Below are positions 8,814 through 16,833 of a stretch of DNA of 46,331 nt, piece after piece. The DNA is from a virus (lineage: Duplodnaviria > Caudoviricetes). The notes under the pieces were generated by a model. It was not told the DNA's origin, ran no database searches, and saw nothing but the letters and a program-made list of their open reading frames with translations. The translations under genes and the position numbers were made by a program. Location: IMG/VR virus record IMGVR_UViG_3300030433_002227, positions 1-46,331 of that record; one strand, given 5' to 3'. The first letter of the stretch is position 1, and each line of letters opens with the position of its first letter.

Positions 8814-10126
8814 CAGGTGATTCTCCAATACGCTGTCCCACTGGTCGAGCTTAGTTCTGTTAACGCCCACACAAGGGCATCCATTCTATCAGGTGACTTA
8901 TTGCCACCCACATATGTTGTCATCTGTTCTTCAAGAACATCAAAAGTTTTCAAGTGTAAAACCTTTTTCTGCTCATATAATGCCGCAATAGGTTCAGCCC
9001 TCACAAGTTTTCCTCTTGCCGCATGAACAGGTGTATATGGCACATCAGTATCTATTGTTCTTAACAAACGCTCAACCAAATCACCACCATTGTTTACCTC
9101 TGCAACAATTCTATCCGCTTGATGCTGATAATACAAGTCTATTGCTAATCTTCCCCAAGCATCTGGACTCATCTTACCAGATTTATCTTCAATTACATAG
9201 TATCTTCCATCAACTCCTCTCCCTGCCACTATGATTCCTGTTTCATCAGATTCAACATTACTTGTCACAGCAGGGTCAAGGGCTATGACTATTCTTTGCA
9301 TTTCTGGTATTTTTGATTGTAATATTCTACAATCATCAATCATTTTGTAAGTCCAAAGCGCACCTTCAGAATCATTCAATATTTCTGCAAAAAGTTCTTG
9401 CCTTCCTAGTCTTGTGTTCTCATATTTCTCTCTCAATTGTTGGATGGCGGCAGGAGCAAGGTTATCTTCATTCTCAAATGTTGATCCTCTTGTTATTACG
9501 ATATTTGTTCTTTTGAGTAGATTTCTAATTAATGGAGTTGGTTTTGGTGTAGTTGTAATAACACATTGAGGATTTTGCCCCAAACGTAAACCGAACATTA
9601 ATTGATCAAAAGTATCTGGATATTGCCAAGCCGCAAGCTCATCACACCATGCCCTATGAAATTGTGGACCTCTTAATCTATCTGGCTCTGTTGCACTAAA
9701 ACCCATAATTTTTGAGCCATTGAAAAGATTTATTTCAGATGCCGTAGCATTATAGCCTCTACCTCTACCGTTTAATAAACATTCTGGTGGCAAAAATTTT
9801 AGTATGCCAGACACTCCCCCAAAGGCAACACGCCTTATATCACCAAACGTTGGAGTTACTACTGCAACTTGAACATCAGGATTCTTTAAGGCGTAAAGAA
9901 TAGTATCCATAGCACCTGTCCTTGTCTTGCCCCAACCTCGTCCTGCAAGAATAAGCCAAATACTATAATCACCATATTTTTTTGTCGATGGCGTTAATTG
10001 ACTAGCTCTAGCTTGTTTCTTCCACTCATTGTAGAGTATGCTCGTATGTTGATGACTTTTCTTCGGCAAGCCTGTCAAGTTCTTCAAGAACCTCTCGGAA
10101 CGCCTCTGGGTTAATAAGGTCTCCAC
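8813..10126 (-). CDS. terL: Terminase large subunit (exact start uncertain)
   Basis: Walker A GRGWGKT, LRGPQF, Walker B WCDE, TTTP, nuclease DPA and SPDRMDALVW. Confidence 0.96.
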   Translation of the reverse strand: METLLTQRRSERFLKNLTGLPKKSHQHTSILYNEWKKQARASQLTPSTKKYGDYSIWLILAGRGWGKTRTGAMDTILYALKNPDVQVAVVTPTFGDIRRVAFGGVSGILKFLPPECLLNGRGRGYNATASEINLFNGSKIMGFSATEPDRLRGPQFHRAWCDELAAWQYPDTFDQLMFGLRLGQNPQCVITTTPKPTPLIRNLLKRTNIVITRGSTFENEDNLAPAAIQQLREKYENTRLGRQELFAEILNDSEGALWTYKMIDDCRILQSKIPEMQRIVIALDPAVTSNVESDETGIIVAGRGVDGRYYVIEDKSGKMSPDAWGRLAIDLYYQHQADRIVAEVNNGGDLVERLLRTIDTDVPYTPVHAARGKLVRAEPIAALYEQKKVLHLKTFDVLEEQMTTYVGGNKSPDRMDALVWALTELSSTSGTAYWRIT

Positions 10127-10583
10127 TTACTTTGCTTATCTCCTGCGCTTGTCCTAATGCTAGTTTTCCAATCTTTTGTGCGTTCAAAGCAACATGAGAC
10201 AATTCTCTCAAGTCATTTACAGGAATACCATTTGATTCTGGATTTTCCTGCTCTTGATCAAAGCTCCTTTGCATACGCCTTGCCACACTTCTTATCAAGC
10301 CTTGTGCAATAAGCAGAGTTCTATCATCTAACTTGTTTGATTCTTCTACCAAGTTTTTTATTCGGTCTGCATCTATTTGCGCTTGTATCTCTGATTGTAT
10401 TTGGTTTTTTTGTTGTTGCCAATTTTCTTTATCTTGCAACCTATACAATGTAGCCCTTGAAACATTATGTTTCTTTACAAGGCTATCAATGCTTGGATAA
10501 ACTCTTTTTTCACCTTCCATGAAACCATAAACAAATTCATCACGAATTTTTATTTTTACTTCATCTTTTATTTTTTCTGCCAT
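10026..10583 (-). CDS. terS: Terminase small subunit (probable)
   Basis: N-terminal HTH; immediately upstream of and overlapping terL. Confidence 0.75.
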   Translation of the reverse strand: MAEKIKDEVKIKIRDEFVYGFMEGEKRVYPSIDSLVKKHNVSRATLYRLQDKENWQQQKNQIQSEIQAQIDADRIKNLVEESNKLDDRTLLIAQGLIRSVARRMQRSFDQEQENPESNGIPVNDLRELSHVALNAQKIGKLALGQAQEISKVSGDLINPEAFREVLEELDRLAEEKSSTYEHTLQ

Positions 10584-10605
10584 AGCTTTTCGTTATCACT
10601 TTGTA

Positions 10606-11307
10606 TCAGTTATTCTCAATTGCTTCTTGTTGTTTTTTCAATAATATTTGATGTTTTGTTGTCCATGATTTACTATATTCTGCGTTCTCAAATAATTTAG
10701 AAAATCCTGTAATATGTTTCAACCTTAATAATTCATCTGGTTGCATACCTAGTTCATTGCAAATGTCATTATCTGCCCAACCATTATCCAACATATTGAA
10801 AACCATGTTTGACATACCACCAATTGAATGTTTCCCCCTAGCTCTATTATGTCTTACTGTTGAAGCCATTCTGTCATTCATATCTTTTTGTAAAACTACC
10901 ACAGGCAAGAGACCTTGGTTTCTATCAAAAATTTTTTTATTATTTAAACAAGTAAAATATCTGTGAAATCCATCAATTATAATATATTTATCTTCATTAT
11001 CATCATAAACTGTAACAACTGGTTGAGTATATCCATCATGCAAAATTGATGTTGCAAGTAAACTCATTTCTTGTGATGCCACTGAATTTGGATTATAATC
11101 ATTAGCTTTTACCTTTTTGATATCTACCCACAGTACGTTGTCGATTGGTTGATGTGACATAGGGCTTACTGTTTCAGAAACATATTTTTTTATCTGTTCA
11201 CAAAAATATATTTTTTCTTCAATTGATAGATTTCTTTGTTCTTCATTAATCATGTGACATATTTGAAAGATTGATTCATCAAGCCACTCTGGCATTTTAT
11301 CTTTCAT
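10606..11307 (-). CDS. IbrB-like ParB/sulfiredoxin-fold protein
   Basis: ANDYNPN, DGYTQPVV, IIDGFHRY, ASTVRHNRARGKH, ELGM..DELLRL motifs. Confidence 0.88.
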   Translation of the reverse strand: MKDKMPEWLDESIFQICHMINEEQRNLSIEEKIYFCEQIKKYVSETVSPMSHQPIDNVLWVDIKKVKANDYNPNSVASQEMSLLATSILHDGYTQPVVTVYDDNEDKYIIIDGFHRYFTCLNNKKIFDRNQGLLPVVVLQKDMNDRMASTVRHNRARGKHSIGGMSNMVFNMLDNGWADNDICNELGMQPDELLRLKHITGFSKLFENAEYSKSWTTKHQILLKKQQEAIENN

Positions 11308-11980
11308 TGAAAATCTCCACATTTGATAATATCAAATATTTGCATCTCATCTCCTGCCCATCATCCATTTTTGTTTTCAGTGTTTCATTTAATTGAATTT
11401 CATAATCTTCTTTTACATCTAAAAAAGAAAACCCATATAAATTAATATCAATACCAAGAATTGATTTGAATGTTTTCTTTATCTCACTTGGTTTGTAAAA
11501 CTTTTGAAGCGTTTTCGTATAATTATAATCTTCATGTCCTTTACCACAGTACATAATACAAACAAACTTGGAATGCATAAATGATTTGCAAAACTTTTTT
11601 AATAATTCTATTGATTCTTGTAGTCCAATGTAATTTATTTGACCATATATCATGAGAACTAAATCATTTTTTCTTTTTGGTTCACATGATGTTATATCCG
11701 CGACGGTAAAAAAATGTTTAGGATATTTTTTTCTTGCTCTTTCCACACTTGCCTTAGATATATCAATACCTTGATAATTCAAATGATTAATATTCGCTAG
11801 TGATATAACGTGACCTGTACCGCAACCAATCTCTAACACACTTTGTCTATATTCTTTTAATAATGGTTTTATAATATTGCCAACTATTTTATCCTCAATG
11901 AGATGTATTTGTTTTTGATATTTTGCATCATAAGTATTAGATTCTTTATCATAAATATGTGCAATCATTTGTTTATCCAT
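11297..11980 (-). CDS. Class I SAM-dependent (methyl)transferase
   Basis: Motif I VLEIGCGTG, motif II GIDIS, ADIT. Confidence 0.8.
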   Translation of the reverse strand: MDKQMIAHIYDKESNTYDAKYQKQIHLIEDKIVGNIIKPLLKEYRQSVLEIGCGTGHVISLANINHLNYQGIDISKASVERARKKYPKHFFTVADITSCEPKRKNDLVLMIYGQINYIGLQESIELLKKFCKSFMHSKFVCIMYCGKGHEDYNYTKTLQKFYKPSEIKKTFKSILGIDINLYGFSFLDVKEDYEIQLNETLKTKMDDGQEMRCKYLILSNVEIFNER

Positions 11981-13190
11981 TTTTTCCACCATACTCTAAT
12001 TTCAAATATTGAGGTTTAATTTGTTGCAATGAATATTTGCTACGAACTCTATTATGTAGATTCCCTTTTTTCCAATCTCGATAAACAATAAGGGGAGGTG
12101 ATTGTAAGTAAGAACCTAATTTTGCAAATTCTATATCATTAACTAATATTGATTTTATTTGTCTTTTATACATTTCATTTGGTTTTGCTAACTCATTATA
12201 TAAAACATCCATTTTTTTCCATTCTTTTATAAATATTGCTTTGTGTTTTTCATGTTTTATAAGTTTGTCTGTCAAAAAATCTCTATATTCACGCCAGTCT
12301 TTGAACATGAAAGGCAACTCATTAATTTTTGTAATACCTGTTTCACCAAGGTGTTTCGCTTGATTTATACCCTGCAACCTTTTATTTAGTGATTCCCACG
12401 TTTCACCTTCTAATTCATGTAAGTAAAAAAGACTTTTAACTGCTGATTCATGATGTAAATTTGAAACTCTCATTTCTCTTATTGGTAGACCAAATCGAAA
12501 ATACTCATCATAAATTTTGCAATAATTCCAATTATTTTTATGTATTGCTGTCCATACATCTCCAACACACCAATCATATAATGGATAGAATGTATAATGA
12601 TTATTTTTCTTATCTAATATTCTCCCCCATGTGATATGCTTATAAGTCATTCCACTCGTCAAACCGCCAAATCTTTGTGGGCTTTCTTCTGCCCTCATTC
12701 CTGCTAAAAAACAAGCAGGTTCATCAGGAAAAAATTGCTGTAAGGATTTAACAAAATAAGTGTACCAATAACCTGTCTTTGCTTCTTTTTCTGCGTTCTC
12801 TTTTAAAATGTGATTATCTTTGATGGCTATTGGGTCTTTTTCTCTCATCCAATCAACACCATCCTCCCAAGTTATTAAAAATGGTTTATCTTGAGAAATT
12901 GAATTAGGAAGGAAAATAGGAACTTGTATCCACAATGGGTCTATCTCATCTCGATACATTACATCTTTGACATACTTTATAACTGATTGCCACTCAGCTT
13001 CTTGATCTAAAAAATAAACCTTCAAAGGTAATCTTTTCAGTTTTCTAGCTATTATTAGAGCGAGTTCAAGAGTGACTGTTGAATCTTTGCCGCCTGAGAA
13101 TGATACAACCACATTTGGAAATTCATTGAATATATACTCGATTCGTTTTAATGCCGCCTCATAAACATTTTCATTTATATAAATTTTCAT
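11973..13190 (-). CDS. IbrA-like PAPS-reductase (PP-loop) family protein
   Basis: SFSGGKDS, LDQEAE, GMRAEES..R, YPLYDW...DVW, MRVS motifs. Confidence 0.9.
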   Translation of the reverse strand: MKIYINENVYEAALKRIEYIFNEFPNVVVSFSGGKDSTVTLELALIIARKLKRLPLKVYFLDQEAEWQSVIKYVKDVMYRDEIDPLWIQVPIFLPNSISQDKPFLITWEDGVDWMREKDPIAIKDNHILKENAEKEAKTGYWYTYFVKSLQQFFPDEPACFLAGMRAEESPQRFGGLTSGMTYKHITWGRILDKKNNHYTFYPLYDWCVGDVWTAIHKNNWNYCKIYDEYFRFGLPIREMRVSNLHHESAVKSLFYLHELEGETWESLNKRLQGINQAKHLGETGITKINELPFMFKDWREYRDFLTDKLIKHEKHKAIFIKEWKKMDVLYNELAKPNEMYKRQIKSILVNDIEFAKLGSYLQSPPLIVYRDWKKGNLHNRVRSKYSLQQIKPQYLKLEYGGKNG

Positions 13191-13804
13191 TTTAATCTTG
13201 CTTTTGTTTTTTCCAACCTTTTGAAATTTAACTCATTGCCAAAAAATTTCATTCCTCTGTTCACTGCGGCTTGTGCTGTAAAACCCATTCCACACATTGG
13301 GTCAAGACATATGCCATTTTTATCCACATCTAAATATTCAAAGATGTATTCTACTAAATTTAAATCTTGAAGTTTTGTACATTCTTCCTTGAAAAAATCT
13401 GTCAATGTTATGGTTGAAGTTTTGCTCAAGAAGTGTAAGTCACATGGACGCAAAATTGAACCTGATTTGTAATAGCAAATCGTTGACCCATTGTGTTTGA
13501 ACCCTAACCTTTTAGATATATCAACAATATCTTGATTCCATTGACATCCATATTCAATCACTACTTTATCTTTTGAATATTCGTAAATTAAAGAGAAAAA
13601 ATGTTTGATAAAATCTGTGTATAAAACGTCATTTCTTTCTACATTATTCATTTTTTTATTCATAGTTTGCCAATATCTTAAATTTCCCTGTCCCCAAGGT
13701 GGATCACTATAAATAAAATCAGCTTTTTGATTCATCATTAATTCTTCAATGCCATCCATGATGTTACCATGTTGCACACGATGATTATTAATTTGTGTTA
13801 TCAT
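13187..13804 (-). CDS. Amino (N6-A/N4-C) methyltransferase-fold protein
   Basis: Motif IV YSDPPW precedes motif I LDPMCGMG...GNEL (beta-class order); ATGA-coupled start. Confidence 0.78.
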   Translation of the reverse strand: MITQINNHRVQHGNIMDGIEELMMNQKADFIYSDPPWGQGNLRYWQTMNKKMNNVERNDVLYTDFIKHFFSLIYEYSKDKVVIEYGCQWNQDIVDISKRLGFKHNGSTICYYKSGSILRPCDLHFLSKTSTITLTDFFKEECTKLQDLNLVEYIFEYLDVDKNGICLDPMCGMGFTAQAAVNRGMKFFGNELNFKRLEKTKARLK

Positions 13805-14445
13805 ATTTTTGCTCTGTTTATTAAAATATGCTTGAAACTTGATGTTTGTTTTGATTCCATTGTCCAATATTTAAAATCGCCTAAATAAAAATATTTATAT
13901 ACTTTTCCGTTCCACATCTCATCGACCCCTTTTGATTCAATTAAATCTACTGCTTCAGCAAACTCATCAATGGATTTCCATTCTCTGCTCCTTGTGTACC
14001 AATGAGGAATTGTTGGCATCGTTTTGGCGAAATGCCATTTATTATTTAATAAATTATTACATATCCTCGTTACTTCAATTTCATCAAGGCAAGTAAAACC
14101 ATTTTGTCTATCATAGAATTTATAATGAATATCAAACGGTTCAAATTGGCGTATGCTTTGCCAAATTTTTGTAAGTCCAAAATTAAGACAAGAATAAACA
14201 TCTAGCTGTATTTTTGCAGGTTTTTTCTCATCCCAACTATGTAAGACGATGTGGGATGTTTCAATAGCACAAATACAAGTCATTCCTTTGTTGCCTTCTT
14301 TTTCACAATACACTGCCTTTGGAACTATTAATGGCTTCATATGTAAAGTTTCTATTAAATTTAACATCCATGATTCTATCATTTTTTCGTTGATTGGTGG
14401 TTTATGCACTGATGACATGAGCAATAAATGTTTATGTTCGAGCAT
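13801..14445 (-). CDS. speD: S-adenosylmethionine decarboxylase proenzyme fused to an unknown C-terminal domain
   Basis: HKHL, IETSHIVLHSW (pyruvoyl Ser site) and LDVYSC; extra domain WHFAKTMPTIPHWY...YWTM. Confidence 0.82.
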   Translation of the reverse strand: MLEHKHLLLMSSVHKPPINEKMIESWMLNLIETLHMKPLIVPKAVYCEKEGNKGMTCICAIETSHIVLHSWDEKKPAKIQLDVYSCLNFGLTKIWQSIRQFEPFDIHYKFYDRQNGFTCLDEIEVTRICNNLLNNKWHFAKTMPTIPHWYTRSREWKSIDEFAEAVDLIESKGVDEMWNGKVYKYFYLGDFKYWTMESKQTSSFKHILINRAKI

Positions 14446-14446
14446 T

Positions 14447-15034
14447 TTAATAACCTGCTATGTAAAATTGCTCAGAACAATGTGGACAGATAACCTCAAT
14501 TCCTTCTTGATTTTTACTGTTCATCGCACTGTCAATTTCTCCATGAATTTTACTTTCAGCGGATTCAAAGTCTTTTGAAGAAATTTGAGTTTCAGAGATG
14601 TCAGGAGAAAAATTTGGTGAAAAGTCCATCATAGAAAACTCTTCTTCCATTCCTGTTAATGAGAGGTCAAAAGTACCTTCACTTATTTTTTTTAATTCTG
14701 TATATAATAATGCGTTATCCCAAGAACTGTTCTCCGCTAATTTGTTATCAGCTATAAGATATGCTCTTTTCTTATCTTCTGACCAATTTACAGCTCTTAT
14801 ACATGGAACTTCTTTTATATCAATATTTAAGGCGGCAAGGTATCTTCCATGACCTGCTATTATGACGTTTTCCTCATCAATCAATATTGGAATAGTCCAT
14901 CCCCATTCTTTTATGCTATTTGATATTTGATTTATTTGTGCATCAGAATGTATTTTTGGATTTTGTTCATATACTTTCAAATCTTGTATATTTATGTTTT
15001 CAATTTTTTCTGCGGTAAACTGTATATTTGACAT
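14447..15034 (-). CDS. ParB/Srx N-terminal domain protein with C-terminal CPxC
   Basis: NPKIH...I..SI..WGW..PILID...IIAGHGR, AY.IADNK, ICPHC. Confidence 0.88.
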   Translation of the reverse strand: MSNIQFTAEKIENINIQDLKVYEQNPKIHSDAQINQISNSIKEWGWTIPILIDEENVIIAGHGRYLAALNIDIKEVPCIRAVNWSEDKKRAYLIADNKLAENSSWDNALLYTELKKISEGTFDLSLTGMEEEFSMMDFSPNFSPDISETQISSKDFESAESKIHGEIDSAMNSKNQEGIEVICPHCSEQFYIAGY

Positions 15035-15115
15035 GAATTTCCTCATTTTTTATGAGCTTAACATTTAATTTTATAAAAAAAAAGTTTATTTTTCTTTATT
15101 TTATGTTATTTTGTT

Positions 15116-15148
15116 GTTGACATATGCCAACTACTAGTGCATTATAAT
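15116..15148 (+). promoter_or_regulatory. Early promoter with 16-bp operator (GTTGACATATGCCAAC)
   Basis: TTGACA-17-CATTAT overlapping TATAAT; AT-rich upstream tract. Confidence 0.7.
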
Positions 15149-15176
15149 TATAGGCTATAAACATTGGAGAAAAAAA

Positions 15177-16247
15177 ATGGTTAATTATAATGATTACAAA
15201 CTTGGTTTTGAAATAGAATTTAAAGAAGCGCATCGTGAAAGACTTGTAACACATATGCAAAATTATTTGCAAGGTTCTGGCATACAAATAGAATCAGAAC
15301 ATTACAATCACACAACTAGATCACACTGGAAAATAGTTTATGATGGTACTGTAAGCTGTGGATCATTTGGTGGTGAATTGGTAAGTCCTGTTTTACAAGG
15401 TGGTGTAGGTTTAGAAGAATTAAGAAAAGTTTTGGAAGCACTCAATAGTTTTACCGAAGTCAACATTGGTGAAAACATAAATTATGAGTGTGGTGTTCAT
15501 GTTCATCTAAGTTATGATGGTATGAATGTATCCCATGTAAAAAATATCTATCGTAGGTATGCACACTATGAAGACACTATTGATACATGGTTTCCAAAAT
15601 CTCGCAGGGCGAACTCAAATCGATGGTGCAAAACTATACAGAATAATAGCGTCCTCCAACGCATAGCCAATTATTCTGAATCATTGGTTAGAATGAGTCG
15701 CCTTGTGGGAACTCGCTATGTAAAACTAAATTTACAAAGTTTATCAAGGCATGGCACGATTGAATTTCGTCAACACGCAGGTAGCACAGATTTTGAAAAA
15801 ATTTCTAATTGGGCAAAATTTTGTATGTCTTTTGTTGATATTAGCAAATTCAGAAATACTCAAACAATGAATGTAAATTATAGAAGACAAAATAGAACTA
15901 AATCTTTTGGTGAAGTTAGAGAAATATTTGAGTCTAAAAATTGGTCAGTAAAATATGGTGGCGGTGTTTGGAAATTTCGTGATGAACTTGGACACGTTAG
16001 ACACTCACTAACAAATGATGATATGTTTAATTTTTACATTGCTGATTTTATAAATGATCAAGGTTTAGCAAAAATGAGAGTGCCACAAGTTTTGAATATC
16101 AACTTCATTAATTTTTACAATTCTTGCTTTACAGACAATCAAATAGAAGATGTTTTTGATGGTTGTGAAAATTCAGTAAAAGAATTTTTACAAGCGAGAA
16201 TTGCATATTTTGCACAAAGAGAAAACAGCAACAGAGAGGTAGCATAA
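15177..16247 (+). CDS. Putative amidoligase (COOH-NH2 ligase, Amidoligase_2 family)
   Basis: GFEIEF, W.I..DG, ELVSP, CGVHVH, RY..LN, GTIEFRQHAG motifs. Confidence 0.87.
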   Translation: MVNYNDYKLGFEIEFKEAHRERLVTHMQNYLQGSGIQIESEHYNHTTRSHWKIVYDGTVSCGSFGGELVSPVLQGGVGLEELRKVLEALNSFTEVNIGENINYECGVHVHLSYDGMNVSHVKNIYRRYAHYEDTIDTWFPKSRRANSNRWCKTIQNNSVLQRIANYSESLVRMSRLVGTRYVKLNLQSLSRHGTIEFRQHAGSTDFEKISNWAKFCMSFVDISKFRNTQTMNVNYRRQNRTKSFGEVREIFESKNWSVKYGGGVWKFRDELGHVRHSLTNDDMFNFYIADFINDQGLAKMRVPQVLNINFINFYNSCFTDNQIEDVFDGCENSVKEFLQARIAYFAQRENSNREVA

Positions 16248-16699
16248 TGAAAACGAAATATCTTGCATATGGGAGCAATCTTAATAAAGAACAAATGATG
16301 ATGAGATGTCCTCATGCAGAACCAAAAAACCTAATAATATTACAAAATTTTAGATTAATATTCCGTGGAGTAGCTGATATTATACCTGCTTCTGGATTTG
16401 TAGTTCCTGTAGTTGAATGGTTAATAACAGAACAATGTGAGAAAAGTTTAGATATATATGAAGGTTTTCCGAACTTGTATGACAAAAAATATTTTTGTGA
16501 TAATGATGGAACTTCTTTTATGACTTACACAATGAATGGCAATGGATTTCAAATGCCTCCGTTGAATTACTTAAAAGTCATAGAGCGTGGTTATGATGAT
16601 TTTGGCATCGATAAAACATATATCACTGAAGCATTAGAATTTACAAAGGCTAATCAAGATGGTTTGGGTTACATACCAACTAGATATAAATCAGCATAA
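16247..16699 (+). CDS. Gamma-glutamylcyclotransferase (AIG2-like)
   Basis: YLAYGSNL, F.GVADI, LD.YEG.P..Y motifs. Confidence 0.88.
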   Translation: MKTKYLAYGSNLNKEQMMMRCPHAEPKNLIILQNFRLIFRGVADIIPASGFVVPVVEWLITEQCEKSLDIYEGFPNLYDKKYFCDNDGTSFMTYTMNGNGFQMPPLNYLKVIERGYDDFGIDKTYITEALEFTKANQDGLGYIPTRYKSA

Positions 16700-16795
16700 A
16701 AAAAAGGGTAGGAAGTCACTGAAGCCCTCATGACTATCTCTACCCTTTTAACCACAAACTCTGAAAACAATTTGGAGAAAAGAAAACAGAGTAAT
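16698..16795 (-). ncRNA. Candidate sRNA A (anti-RBS loop hairpin plus terminator)
   Basis: ACTCTG/CAGAGT stem with loop TTTTCTTTTCTCCAAATTGTTTT; upstream TTTACA-17-TACAAA. Confidence 0.4.
16702..16749. terminator. Long bidirectional terminator hairpin
   Basis: AAAAGGGTAG/CTACCCTTTT plus AGTCA/TGACT between convergent genes; longer U-tract on the minus strand. Confidence 0.75.
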
Positions 16796-16833
16796 ATTAT
16801 GTTTGTACACAATAAAATTTTGTTTGTAAATCC

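Noticed and set aside
10026-10126. terS-terL programmed frameshift fusion
   Set aside because: No convincing slippery site; a TTG/GTG start within the overlap is sufficient.
11297-11980. Spermidine synthase (speE)
   Set aside because: Has a generic EIGCGTG motif I rather than GGGDG and lacks the N-terminal beta domain; aminopropyl transfer remains only a hypothesis.
11973-13190. Sulfate-assimilation AMG cysH or a canonical Dnd system
   Set aside because: Length, motifs and the IbrB partner fit IbrA; no cysteine desulfurase, DndD or DndE is present.
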